Below, in pieces: positions 18,459-28,152 of a stretch of 57,878 nucleotides of DNA. The DNA comes from Fidelibacterota bacterium (lineage in GTDB: Bacteria > Fidelibacterota > Marinisomatia > Marinisomatales > JABMOV01), in assembly GCA_046861395.1 (NCBI GenBank), contig JBHHUC010000008.1, positions 1-57,878 on the forward strand, in the 5' to 3' direction. Both the position numbers and the translations under genes were made by a program. The stretch's first letter is position 1, and every line of letters begins with the position of its first letter. The notes under the pieces are model-generated. The model ran no database searches. It saw nothing but the letters and a program-made list of their open reading frames with translations, and was not told the origin of the DNA.

Positions 18459-19274
18459 ATGTCTGATCAGCGTCAGGAATCATCAAACCCGCTATTTTTT
18501 AATCCGCTTGAACCATATGTCGGTTTAAGTATTTCGGATCTGAATCGTTATTTACCCGCCATCCAGACGGTGGATGAGGTCAAGATGACCCGGGATCAGA
18601 TGCAGGAAGGCATCTTCTGGGGTGATGCCGTTATCGGTTTGGAGCGCCTGCCGGAAAGTTCGATTGACTTGATAATTGCTGAGCCGCCGAAAACACCCTG
18701 GCTGAGCCTTGATGAATCAGGTAAATCCATGTCGCTGCAAGAGTATTTTGAATGGAACAACCGCTGGCTGATGGAGTCACACCGTGTATTGAGGGAAACC
18801 GGATTACTGTATTTACTCTGTGACTGGCGCTATTCGGGAATGTATCAGTCTGCATTGAGTGACCGGTTCCATTTGCAGACGCGGATTACCTGGCGGGATG
18901 AAAATGCGTGCCCGGTAGGGAAAAAGGGAACCTGGAATAATGGAATGAATGATATTTGGTTTGCATCCAAGTCGGATGATTTTCTGTTTGAAAACCATCC
19001 CACCGGGAGTATGAGCGGCGCTGAAAGTGACCGCAGCAATTTCTGGGCTGAAATTCAGACCGGCGTTACACCCTACATGAAAGGGGACCAGCCAGACATA
19101 ATTTTACGGCGTATCCTGAAAACGAGCAGCTTTAAACTGAGTTGGGTGGTAGATCCTTTTGTGAGAAATGGAGCGGTGGGTGTCGCAGCGAAAAAAATGG
19201 GCCGCCGCTTTATTGGTTTTGAAACCAACCGCGACCAGGTATTAATGGCAATGAAACGAATTGATCAATCCTGA
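18459..19274 (+). CDS. Beta-class N4/N6 DNA methyltransferase homologue with degenerate motifs
   Basis: Family signatures 'LPESSIDLII', 'RVLRETG' and 'VAAKKMGRRFIGFE' are present. Motif IV reads AEPPK and motif I reads DPFVRNG. Confidence 0.8.
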   Translation: MSDQRQESSNPLFFNPLEPYVGLSISDLNRYLPAIQTVDEVKMTRDQMQEGIFWGDAVIGLERLPESSIDLIIAEPPKTPWLSLDESGKSMSLQEYFEWNNRWLMESHRVLRETGLLYLLCDWRYSGMYQSALSDRFHLQTRITWRDENACPVGKKGTWNNGMNDIWFASKSDDFLFENHPTGSMSGAESDRSNFWAEIQTGVTPYMKGDQPDIILRRILKTSSFKLSWVVDPFVRNGAVGVAAKKMGRRFIGFETNRDQVLMAMKRIDQS

Positions 19275-19287
19275 AGTGAGGGAATCC

Positions 19288-19731
19288 ATGTCTTTATTTG
19301 AAACCATTCAGAATGATATGTATGCGGCAATGAAGAGCCGCGATAAGGCCAAAGCCGCCGCCCTGCGCGGCGCCCTGGCTAAATTAAAAGATCGCCGGAT
19401 TGAAAAGCGTGACGATCTCACCGCCGCCGAAGAACTTAAAGTTATCCAATCGCTGGTGAAACAACGCCGGGAATCTGTGAAAATGTATTCCCAGGGAGGA
19501 CGGGATGATCTGGTAAAGCAGGAAGAATTCGAACTTGAAATTTTGCAAGCCTACCTTCCGCAAGAATTATCGGAAGAGGAAATTCGCGCAATTGTCAGTC
19601 AAGTCATCACCGAAACGGGGGCAACTTCATTATCCGATATGGGGAAAATCATGCCGGCGGTGATGCGGGTCGGACAGGGCCGAATCAACGGAAAATTAGC
19701 CCAGCAGGTGGTACGTGAACTGCTTGGTTGA
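19288..19731 (+). CDS. yqeY: GatB/YqeY domain protein
   Basis: MSLFETIQNDMYAAMK...KQRRES...GRDDL...YLPQ...DMGKIM is typical of YqeY. Confidence 0.92.
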   Translation: MSLFETIQNDMYAAMKSRDKAKAAALRGALAKLKDRRIEKRDDLTAAEELKVIQSLVKQRRESVKMYSQGGRDDLVKQEEFELEILQAYLPQELSEEEIRAIVSQVITETGATSLSDMGKIMPAVMRVGQGRINGKLAQQVVRELLG

Positions 19732-19742
19732 GTGAGCGAAAC

Positions 19743-20294
19743 ATGGGACTGTTTCTGGATGTCCTGAGCGTCTTTTTTGCGGTGGGAATGGGCTGGATGG
19801 GTTTTCAGCATGGTATTGTGGAGGAACTGGGTCGATTGGTCGGATTATTTCTCTCCCTGATCGTTGCCTTTTCCTTTTACCTGGACATTGCAGGATTCAT
19901 TCTGCATTTTATTACGCTGGATCCCTGGTGGGCCATTCTATTCGGATATGTGTTTCTTTTTTCGCTCACCATGTTTTTTGTACGGTTTCTGACCTATCTC
20001 CTGCACTATCTTGTTGTTTCCGGATCTACCCAGTGGATTAACCGCGGAATGGGGTTTCTTTTCGGTGTCATTAAGGGCGGATTCCTTGTTGGTTTATTTA
20101 TCTGGCTGGTGGATATTTCCCCCATGAAATCATGGTCAAATATTCTGCATCAGCAATCGCGGTTTGCCCGCTATACTACTACCACCCGGGAACGGATGAT
20201 TTCTTTCTTTGGTTGGACTGACCCGGTCCGTTCCGGTGAACAATATGTGAAAAACCTGCTGGAATACGGCATTACCACCGGGGATCAGGAATAA
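19743..20294 (+). CDS. cvpA: CvpA family (colicin V production) membrane protein
   Basis: Four hydrophobic segments, 'GFQHGIVEEL' and 'NRGMGFLFGVIKG'. Alternative GTG start at 19728. Confidence 0.85.
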   Translation: MGLFLDVLSVFFAVGMGWMGFQHGIVEELGRLVGLFLSLIVAFSFYLDIAGFILHFITLDPWWAILFGYVFLFSLTMFFVRFLTYLLHYLVVSGSTQWINRGMGFLFGVIKGGFLVGLFIWLVDISPMKSWSNILHQQSRFARYTTTTRERMISFFGWTDPVRSGEQYVKNLLEYGITTGDQE

Positions 20295-22054
20295 TGCCAC
20301 GAATTGCCCAGGAATCAATTGATCGGGTCCGGAATGCGGCCGACATCCTAGATGTGGTGTCGCAGGTTGTAGATCTGAAAAAGCGAGGCAGGAATTATTT
20401 CGGATTATGTCCCTTTCACCACGAAAAGACACCATCATTCAGTGTCGCCCCAGATAAAGAAATCTATCATTGCTTCGGTTGTGGCCGGGGGGGGAATGCC
20501 ATCAATTTCATCATGGAATATGAAAAAATCGATTTTATCGATGCAATCCGTAAACTGGCACAACAATATGGCATTGAACTAAAAATAACGGGTAGTAATG
20601 AGCCGGCCGGGTTACGCGCACGGCTGTATGAAATCCATGAGAAAGCGCAGGCCATCTTTCATGAATCGCTGTTCAGTGCGGCCGGGAATACGCCGCGGGA
20701 GTATATAAAAAATCGCAATCTATCGGAATCATTAATCCGTCAGTTTGGAATTGGGTATGCCAGGGATTCCTTTGATTATCTTCTGAAAGTGCTGCGTGGC
20801 GCCGGGTTTACGGACCAGGAAGTCTTGCAATCCGGACTTGTGACCAAAACGGAAAAGGGTATTTTTGATCGATTCCGGAATCGTATCATGTTTCCCATCT
20901 ATGACCCCCAGGGCAAAGTCATTGCCTTTGGTGGCCGGGCACTCAATCCCGATGAGCCGGCAAAATACCTGAATTCACCGGATACACGATTATACCGAAA
21001 AAGTGATGTATTCTACGGCATGCACGCTACCCGACCCGCCATCCGTGATGCCCGGAAGGTGATCATTGTCGAAGGATACACAGATTTCCTACGCTTATAT
21101 GAATCTGGCCTGACGACGGTCGTGGCAGTGTCCGGAACGGCCTTGACAGAACAGCATGTGAATCATTTGCGGAAACTGGTTCAGACCGCTTATTTACTGT
21201 ATGACGGCGATTCGGCCGGTGTGAGCGCGGCAATTCGCGCCGGATATTTGTTATTGAAAGGAGGCGTCGAACCGCGGATGATCTGTCCGCCCCGTGGCCT
21301 GGACCCGGATGACTGGGTGCAGGAAGCTGGAAAAGAGGCGGTAGAAACAGCATTGGAATCGGCCGAAGAATTGATCCCATTTCAGGTACAGACGGGAAAG
21401 ATAAAGGAAAAATCGGCCCGGGAACAATCGGCCTTTGTTGATGATGTATTACAACAAATTGCTACGATTCAGGATTCCCTCATTCGTACCGAATTAATAC
21501 GTGAATTATCCCAACACCTGGCAGTGGAGGAAGAGGATCTGGTGCGCCGGTTTCAGAATATTATACGCCGGCGACGCAACCGGCGGCAAGGCCCGGAACC
21601 AGAATCCGCACCAAAAATCCGTTTTACCACCCGCTCAGAGAAAGCACAGCTGGAATTGATAAAGATACTGGCATCGCCGGATAAAGCATTGCGGGAAAAA
21701 GCCAAGGATATTGTCCGTCTGGATTGGTTTACCAATTCGCTACTGCATCGATTGGCGGAAATTTTATTACCGATTTACGGTGATGAAATTTCATTCGCGT
21801 CAATTCTGGATGCCTTTGAGGACGAAGCTGAACACCGTGCCGTTTCGGAATTGTTTGCCACCCTGGAGGAACAGGAAAACGGTGAGCAGATTCTGCAGGA
21901 ATGTGTCCGCACACTGAAAATCGAACCGTTACGGGACACGATCAAACAATTGCGACTGGAAATCCGACAGCGGGAACAGGCCGGAGAAGATTCCACGGAC
22001 CTGGCGGTAAAAGTGGCCTTACTGCAAAATGAGATTAACGCGTTGATGATATGA
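20294..22054 (+). CDS. dnaG: DNA primase
   Basis: Zn finger CPFHHEKTPSF...CFGC; DRFRNRIMFPI; KYLNSP; TOPRIM motifs VEGYTD and YDGDSAG. Confidence 0.98.
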   Translation: MPRIAQESIDRVRNAADILDVVSQVVDLKKRGRNYFGLCPFHHEKTPSFSVAPDKEIYHCFGCGRGGNAINFIMEYEKIDFIDAIRKLAQQYGIELKITGSNEPAGLRARLYEIHEKAQAIFHESLFSAAGNTPREYIKNRNLSESLIRQFGIGYARDSFDYLLKVLRGAGFTDQEVLQSGLVTKTEKGIFDRFRNRIMFPIYDPQGKVIAFGGRALNPDEPAKYLNSPDTRLYRKSDVFYGMHATRPAIRDARKVIIVEGYTDFLRLYESGLTTVVAVSGTALTEQHVNHLRKLVQTAYLLYDGDSAGVSAAIRAGYLLLKGGVEPRMICPPRGLDPDDWVQEAGKEAVETALESAEELIPFQVQTGKIKEKSAREQSAFVDDVLQQIATIQDSLIRTELIRELSQHLAVEEEDLVRRFQNIIRRRRNRRQGPEPESAPKIRFTTRSEKAQLELIKILASPDKALREKAKDIVRLDWFTNSLLHRLAEILLPIYGDEISFASILDAFEDEAEHRAVSELFATLEEQENGEQILQECVRTLKIEPLRDTIKQLRLEIRQREQAGEDSTDLAVKVALLQNEINALMI

Positions 22055-22500
22055 AAAAGTGTTTATGGCTTATCACATTGGGACTGCTATCAATGGCCCT
22101 GGCCCAGGAAATCAATTGGTTGGAGTATCCGCCCAAAACCGCTCTTCGCATAGTCTGTGATACAGATGATCTTCCCATATACGTCGATGGTATTCAGGTC
22201 GGTGTTACACCTCTTGAAGCTACGGTGGAAGTTGCCCCGGGCTGGCATCGTGTAACCTATTTCCCAGACACCGGTAACCCGTATCAGTCCCTTTTGCCAA
22301 AAGACCGCAGGATTCATGATATTATTCGCATGGGAACGGTCAATGTTTTGGTGGAAGAGGGTGAAACGGCGGATGTTTCCCTGAATTACCGGGCGGTTTC
22401 AGAGGAAGTACGGGCCTACCAACGATTGGTCAACGGCGGCCGTTGGATCGGGTTTTTCATGGTAACGGTGGTGATGGCAATTCTGGCATGGGTGGCCTGA
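22051..22500 (+). CDS. PEGA-like domain protein with signal peptide and C-terminal TM anchor
   Basis: 'IYVDGIQVGVTPL...VAPGWHRV' PEGA pattern; overlaps the dnaG stop region. Confidence 0.7.
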   Translation: MKKCLWLITLGLLSMALAQEINWLEYPPKTALRIVCDTDDLPIYVDGIQVGVTPLEATVEVAPGWHRVTYFPDTGNPYQSLLPKDRRIHDIIRMGTVNVLVEEGETADVSLNYRAVSEEVRAYQRLVNGGRWIGFFMVTVVMAILAWVA

Positions 22501-23729
22501 AACACTACTCGGCCCTGTTATTATTATTCTGTGCCTTCCCGCTGACGGCTCAGGATACCATTACGAAATATTATGCTGCCGGGGAAAATCCGGCCGCAAT
22601 CTTCGGCAAGGAAATCACTCCTGACGATACCAGTCATGTACCGTATTTTAAGGTGATGTTTTCTGAAACTGGGGATATTCTATCCATTCAGTACTTGGAA
22701 CCGGCTCCCGCCATTTCTTCCGATACTACACAGTCAGCCGTTAGCGATATTGTCCGGCAACCGGTATTTATTCCCATGACACCGGAACAGCAAGCGGCAC
22801 TAAATCCCCGCAATGCAATTGTTCAGAACGCTTGGCACTGGCAGCGATCTAAATTCAAGGTTTCACGTTCGGAGCCATCGGACGAATCAAAAACGGATTC
22901 GCTGGCCATGGCCGGCCTGGACTCCACCACGGCAGATACAACCGAACAGGATTCCATATTACAACCACCGCAGGAGGTAATTGCCATTTTCAAAGTGGAT
23001 GCCCCGGAACTGGAATCAGATTCCATCCATATCAAGGAACGAAAAGAGCAACGTATTGTAAAAAGCAGAAAAGAACGGATTGGATATTATAAAAAATGGA
23101 ATGTGTTGAAGAATATTTTTGCCGATCCTCTAACACACCGGACTGCAATATCCAATTATTACGAAGCCCATTTTGACAAGTCGGGGACCCTGGACCATGT
23201 GGTGCAATACCGGATTCGCGGAAAACCGGTAAAAACATTCACGTTTCAGCGTGATTCCACGGGTTTGTATCATCGTTATACGGTTACTTATCATGTTCGG
23301 GGATCCATCTTATCGGAGAATCCCCATCAGTACGCCTATCCGGCCAGTGAACTGCGTCCCGGCTGGCAGGCCCGGTTTCGCATGGATCCGGCCCAGAAAA
23401 GGATAGAAGCAGTCGCAGTCAGAGATCAAAACGGAATTCCCATGTACCGTTATGAATTTGATTACCGTCGGGGACGTGATTTGGGACGGCCGGAATTTCG
23501 TGGTGTAACCATATCAAAGTACTTTACACAATCCGATTCGCTGGTCGGGTTTCATTATCTCTGGTATGGAGATGATCGGGAACTGGCCCGCATTGAATAC
23601 TTTGCTCCCGACAGCACACTGAAGAGGATCAAGGAATTATACTTTATACCGGAACGGAAAGAACTGCTTATTACCCTTCGTAATTCAGAGGGTAAAATCA
23701 TCGATCGTCGGTTGAAACCGATTTATTAA
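22488..23729 (+). CDS. Secreted hypothetical protein
   Basis: Long ORF; signal-peptide-like MGGLKHYSALLLLFCAFPLTA; S/T/D-rich linker; Tyr/Arg-rich beta-strand C-terminal half. Confidence 0.75.
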   Translation: MGGLKHYSALLLLFCAFPLTAQDTITKYYAAGENPAAIFGKEITPDDTSHVPYFKVMFSETGDILSIQYLEPAPAISSDTTQSAVSDIVRQPVFIPMTPEQQAALNPRNAIVQNAWHWQRSKFKVSRSEPSDESKTDSLAMAGLDSTTADTTEQDSILQPPQEVIAIFKVDAPELESDSIHIKERKEQRIVKSRKERIGYYKKWNVLKNIFADPLTHRTAISNYYEAHFDKSGTLDHVVQYRIRGKPVKTFTFQRDSTGLYHRYTVTYHVRGSILSENPHQYAYPASELRPGWQARFRMDPAQKRIEAVAVRDQNGIPMYRYEFDYRRGRDLGRPEFRGVTISKYFTQSDSLVGFHYLWYGDDRELARIEYFAPDSTLKRIKELYFIPERKELLITLRNSEGKIIDRRLKPIY

Positions 23730-23731
23730 TA

Positions 23732-24355
23732 TTATTCCAGGATATCCTGGATTTGAGTAATAATTGTATCCAGCCGTTCGCCGTCCGTGAATATATTGAA
23801 CTGATTCGTATCCACTCTCAATACCGGGATGGTGTTTAAGCCATCAATCCATGTATTATATGCGATGTTCAGGGCATGAAGGTATTCCGGGTCGATGCCC
23901 GACTCGAAATCCCGGTCGCGACCATGGATACGTGACAGTAAAGTGTCGGTGTTGGCCTGTAAATAAACAATCAGGTCTGGTGGCCGCAGGTAGGATGTCA
24001 TGACCTGAAACAGGTCCCGGTAATTCACCCAGTCCCTGTTATCCAAGTGCCCCAATAAATGTAGATTCCGGGTAAAAATTTCTACGTCTTCGTAAATAGT
24101 CCGATCCTGGATCACGCCCGATTGGTTGTGGGCAATGGATTTCTGCATGGCGAAACGATGGTGTAAAAAATAGATCTGGAGATGGAAACCCCAGCGTTTC
24201 ATATCAGCGTAGAAATCGGTGAGGTAGGGATTGTCGTCCACGGATTCAAAATAGGGTACCCACCCCAATCGATCGGCAATAATTTTGGTAAAGGTTGTCT
24301 TTCCAACGCCGATATTCCCGGCCACGCCAACAAAAGGAAACTTGATTTGTGTCAT
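23732..24355 (-). CDS. Deoxynucleoside kinase (dCK/dGK family)
   Basis: P-loop GNIGVGKTT, LQIYFL, QDRTIYED, RIHGRDRDFE. Confidence 0.93.
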   Translation of the reverse strand: MTQIKFPFVGVAGNIGVGKTTFTKIIADRLGWVPYFESVDDNPYLTDFYADMKRWGFHLQIYFLHHRFAMQKSIAHNQSGVIQDRTIYEDVEIFTRNLHLLGHLDNRDWVNYRDLFQVMTSYLRPPDLIVYLQANTDTLLSRIHGRDRDFESGIDPEYLHALNIAYNTWIDGLNTIPVLRVDTNQFNIFTDGERLDTIITQIQDILE

Positions 24356-24361
24356 GGAGGT

Positions 24362-24395
24362 AAAAAAAAGCCCCTCCGGAAGGAGGGGCTTTTTT
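24362..24395 (-). terminator. Intrinsic terminator downstream of the TonB-dependent receptor
   Basis: Minus strand reads A6-GCCCCTCC-ttcc-GGAGGGGC-T8. Confidence 0.9.
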
Positions 24396-24411
24396 CATGT
24401 AGAGCTATGAA

Positions 24412-27273
24412 TTAGAATCGAACGGAAAGACCAACATTGAAGTATCTTGGTAAACCGAGAAATACTTCTGCTCTTTCGGCAGAGTGGCTATTAGTGTCAT
24501 TCCCGTCAACATCTTTGATTTTAAACCCATTGTATCTGCTGTTGTCACTTGCATCTTGCACATAAACATCATCAAGTGCATTGAAGATATGGGCGAAAGC
24601 CTGAAGTTTTATACCACCGATTTCCGGGAGGTCATAGGCAAGATGAACATCCATTTTGGAATAATCGGGAGCTTTCCAGACCTGGGCTCTGTCAGCGTCA
24701 GCATCATCACCGCTATATTCGCGGGATTCAGGACTCCAGTCGGAGTAGTTATTCTGATACATATTGTAAACAACCTGCGCTTTCAATCCCTTGATTGGGG
24801 TTAGGGTTGCACCAAAGATATAAGCAGTTTGGGGCATATCACCAACGTAGAGATTCTTCAAAGCATAGTCATAGGTCGTTGTGGTTTGTCCGATAACCTG
24901 ACCCTGGTCGTTGAATTCATCTTCCTGGTATTCACCGGAAGCGTCATCCACAAATTTCCAATCACCAATGCTAAACGCAGCGTCAAGACGCAGCATGGCG
25001 ATTAATTGCGCAGATAATTCAACTTCAAATCCGCTATGATTCTGGTCGACGCCGGTAAGGAAAATAACATCAGTATCACCGCTGGAACCCTGACCGGAAG
25101 TAACCGCTTTGGTCAAGTTACGGTCAATCCAATCCGTGTTGTAATAGTTTGCTTTCAAGGCAAACATTTTTCCAGTATAGTTCACACCACTTTCGTAGCT
25201 TTTGAACTTTTCATTGGCTGGGTCGGAAGCCACGGTACCATCAAAATAGATAACATTATCCATGATGGGTGGTTTTTCAACATTACCATAGTTGGCGAAA
25301 AGACTGAGATTTTCGCTGAGGTTATACAGGACCCCACCTTTGAACTGCGTAGCGGAAATGGCATCTGACTCAATTTTCTTATCTTCTACCGTGAAATGAT
25401 CCTGATAGGAGTATTTAATGGATGACCAGCCGAACATACCATAGGCTGATAATGCACCAGCCGTATAATTACCCTGAGCAAAGAAGCCAATCCAATCCAC
25501 AGTCGTTTCATTATGGTAAGCAATGATATCTCCCAGGCGAACTTCCTTACCGTCGGGGGCATTATCATCGGCATAGTCAATATAGTATTTACCACCCATG
25601 AGATCACGGACTTCCCGGGCATGTTCGATTCCGGCTGTACGCCAGTCAAGGCCAACCTGAAGTTTTAAAGCATCGCTCAGGTCATAGTTCAGCTTGGAAA
25701 TGAGCCCGATAGTGTTTTGGCGGTTGATACTGTTTCTCAGGATACCGACAGATTGACCGCCTGCAGCATCTCTTGCGATAGCGCTTTTATCCACATATAC
25801 AGTATCATCCGATCCGGTATTGTATTCAATCAACTTGTTCCAGTCTCGGGTCCAGGGACTGCTGCCGTAGTAGAATTTGTAATCATCATCACCCAAGTTA
25901 CCATCGGCGTCCAAGGTTGGGATTTTACCGTATGTACCCGTACCGCCACCGGAACCTCCGGACCAATAGAATACAGAGGAGAGTCTCATTTGATCATTGA
26001 TCGTCAGAAAATGGTTCAGGTTTACAAGGGGTTTATGGAAATAGTTTTCACGTTCATTCAAGTAGTTTTTAGCATGCCGATCCGTTTCGCGGGCACCATA
26101 CATATACCAGTATTGTTTTCCCGTATAGGACGAACTGACCGGAGACCAATTCTGGTTAAAAAATCGTCCGGCGACTGAACCGTCTTCCCTGGAGAACTTT
26201 GAAGAATATTCTTCCCAGTCACTTGTACCGTCTTCATCAGTATCTTTGGCTTCCATTTCGGATTTTCCTACCACTTCGGCGGCAAAATCTTTGTCATAAA
26301 CATAAATATTCTGTTTATAGAGATTCTGTCCATGGCGCTGTGGTGCTCCGATAGCGTAGAGTTCAAAACGGTTATTGGCATTTAAAGCATAGCTGGCACC
26401 GAAATAATAGGCCCAGGCATCGGTCCATGTTTTGTCAATAAATCCATCGGCAGTTTTGCGAACGATGGTTGCACTGAAAGCAAATTTATCGGCAACAAGA
26501 CCGGTGTTGTAGTTTAACGTGGATTTCAAAAAACCGCCGGCGCCAAACTCCTGTTTGAATTTTCCACCTGCTTTAAGAGCAGTTGGATCGGTAATAATAT
26601 TCATGGTCCCACCGATGGAAGGCGTCGCAAGGTTTACAGCACTTAAACCTCTTTGCATCTGGATTGAAGATGTTGCATCTCCAACACCGTCCCAGTTGGA
26701 CCAGTATACCCAACCGTTTTCCATATCATTTTGCGGAACACCATTGATCATTACCGAAACATTGCGCTGGTTGAATCCCCGAACGTTGATTCGGGCATCA
26801 CCGGCACCACCACCCTGCTGTGTGGCATAAACACTGGGAGTCGTATTCAGGACCATGGGAATATCTTGTGATCCTAACCGGACTTCCATTTCTTGTTTGG
26901 TGATATTGGTGTATGCAACAGGTGTATTCTCACCGGCGCGGGAGGCTAAGACTTCCAGGGCGCTCAACTCCAAAGCAGAGGCTTCCAGTGTAAAATTTAC
27001 TGTTGCCATACCGCTTACGTTTATCGTCATGCTTTGTGAAGCATATCCTATCATGGAAGCAGTAATTGTGTAGGATCCAGCCGGAACATTGGCAATGGTA
27101 AAATCGCCGTTAACGTCCGCCGCTGCACCCATGGTGGTTCCTTCGACGACCACATTTGCTCCTGCCAGCGGGTCACCGGAATTCGCATCCGTGACGGTAC
27201 CGGAAACGGTACCCTGGGCAAAAAGCAGGAAGGGAGTCATGAGAACCAAAAGGACTAGCGTGAAACGATTCAT
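24412..27273 (-). CDS. TonB-dependent receptor with N-terminal carboxypeptidase-regulatory-like domain
   Basis: SD AAGGAG before ATG 27273; signal peptide; 'GTVTDANSGDPLAGANVVVEG'; plug 'INVRGF...VMINGVPQND'; C-terminal 'PRYFNVGLSVRF'. Confidence 0.93.
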   Translation of the reverse strand: MNRFTLVLLVLMTPFLLFAQGTVSGTVTDANSGDPLAGANVVVEGTTMGAAADVNGDFTIANVPAGSYTITASMIGYASQSMTINVSGMATVNFTLEASALELSALEVLASRAGENTPVAYTNITKQEMEVRLGSQDIPMVLNTTPSVYATQQGGGAGDARINVRGFNQRNVSVMINGVPQNDMENGWVYWSNWDGVGDATSSIQMQRGLSAVNLATPSIGGTMNIITDPTALKAGGKFKQEFGAGGFLKSTLNYNTGLVADKFAFSATIVRKTADGFIDKTWTDAWAYYFGASYALNANNRFELYAIGAPQRHGQNLYKQNIYVYDKDFAAEVVGKSEMEAKDTDEDGTSDWEEYSSKFSREDGSVAGRFFNQNWSPVSSSYTGKQYWYMYGARETDRHAKNYLNERENYFHKPLVNLNHFLTINDQMRLSSVFYWSGGSGGGTGTYGKIPTLDADGNLGDDDYKFYYGSSPWTRDWNKLIEYNTGSDDTVYVDKSAIARDAAGGQSVGILRNSINRQNTIGLISKLNYDLSDALKLQVGLDWRTAGIEHAREVRDLMGGKYYIDYADDNAPDGKEVRLGDIIAYHNETTVDWIGFFAQGNYTAGALSAYGMFGWSSIKYSYQDHFTVEDKKIESDAISATQFKGGVLYNLSENLSLFANYGNVEKPPIMDNVIYFDGTVASDPANEKFKSYESGVNYTGKMFALKANYYNTDWIDRNLTKAVTSGQGSSGDTDVIFLTGVDQNHSGFEVELSAQLIAMLRLDAAFSIGDWKFVDDASGEYQEDEFNDQGQVIGQTTTTYDYALKNLYVGDMPQTAYIFGATLTPIKGLKAQVVYNMYQNNYSDWSPESREYSGDDADADRAQVWKAPDYSKMDVHLAYDLPEIGGIKLQAFAHIFNALDDVYVQDASDNSRYNGFKIKDVDGNDTNSHSAERAEVFLGLPRYFNVGLSVRF

Positions 27274-27358
27274 ACGTATCTCCTTGGTTTTATTTCTTGA
27301 TGAAAGGTGTCTGGACAGGGCACAAAGATTCTTACACATTATTTTGGCTGTCTGCTGA

Positions 27359-27379
27359 TGTGATTTGGATCAAATTATA
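27359..27379 (-). promoter_or_regulatory. Putative -10 (TATAAT) of the receptor gene with an adjoining CRP/FNR-like site
   Basis: Minus-strand TATAAT at 27379-27374; TGTGA-tttgga-TCAAA at 27359-27374. Confidence 0.4.
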
Positions 27380-27480
27380 CTCGCTATTGTGACCTGTTAT
27401 AGGCACGGTAAATTCGCTATGAATGAGGACCCCTGCAAGAATAAAAATACATAGACTGGTTAGGTTTTGGTCAGGAGAAA

Positions 27481-28152
27481 TCAGGCGGAAGTCGGGCGAA
27501 TACAGTCCGGAGAGTTGTTTCTGGGATTATTTACCAGGGTTGATACGGGATAAAACCGAAGATCTACTGGATCCGGCTCCAGCAATGCCAGTGCCTCACG
27601 GGCCGAATGATGCTTCCAGTCAATCCAGCTTGCCACCCGGTCGTGTGGAATAATTACCGGCATACGATTATGAATCGGGGCCAGCGAAGCCTGAGCCGCC
27701 GTGGTTATAACGGTGTACGTCAGCCGGCGGTGCCCGTCTGGACTCTGCCATTGATCCCACAACCCGGCCAGGGGTAGCAGTTTATTTTCCGGATGGTGAA
27801 TATAGAACGGTGTTTTTCCACTCTCCGTCTTTTCCCATTCATAGTAACCATCGGCAATTACAATACAACGGTGACGGTGCATTAAGTTGCGGAAGGACGG
27901 TTTTTCCAACACTGTTTCGGCGCGGGCATTGATCATGTGTGCTGCCAGGGAATCATCTTTGGCCCAGTTCGGAATCAGTCCCCAGTACATGGGCGTCACA
28001 ATCCGCTTGTCCTTATAAACCAGAATCGGTGACGGCTGAGTGGGCGCTACATTGTAATTGGGGAAATAATTTTCCGGATCCTGCCACGTATCAATTGCCA
28101 ATTCTTCAATGATGGATTGCATGTCCCGGGTGATGGTTTTTCTGCCGCACAT
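27481..28152 (-). CDS. SOS response-associated peptidase (SRAP/YedK/HMCES family)
   Basis: N-terminal MCGR (catalytic Cys2), NVAPTQ, WGLIP.W, INARAET, GYYEW, IHNRMPVI, VNNPRN. Confidence 0.95.
   Translation of the reverse strand: MCGRKTITRDMQSIIEELAIDTWQDPENYFPNYNVAPTQPSPILVYKDKRIVTPMYWGLIPNWAKDDSLAAHMINARAETVLEKPSFRNLMHRHRCIVIADGYYEWEKTESGKTPFYIHHPENKLLPLAGLWDQWQSPDGHRRLTYTVITTAAQASLAPIHNRMPVIIPHDRVASWIDWKHHSAREALALLEPDPVDLRFYPVSTLVNNPRNNSPDCIRPTSA

Noticed and set aside
18459..19274. Restriction-modification system
   Set aside because: No endonuclease or specificity gene is adjacent, and the MTase motifs are degenerate.
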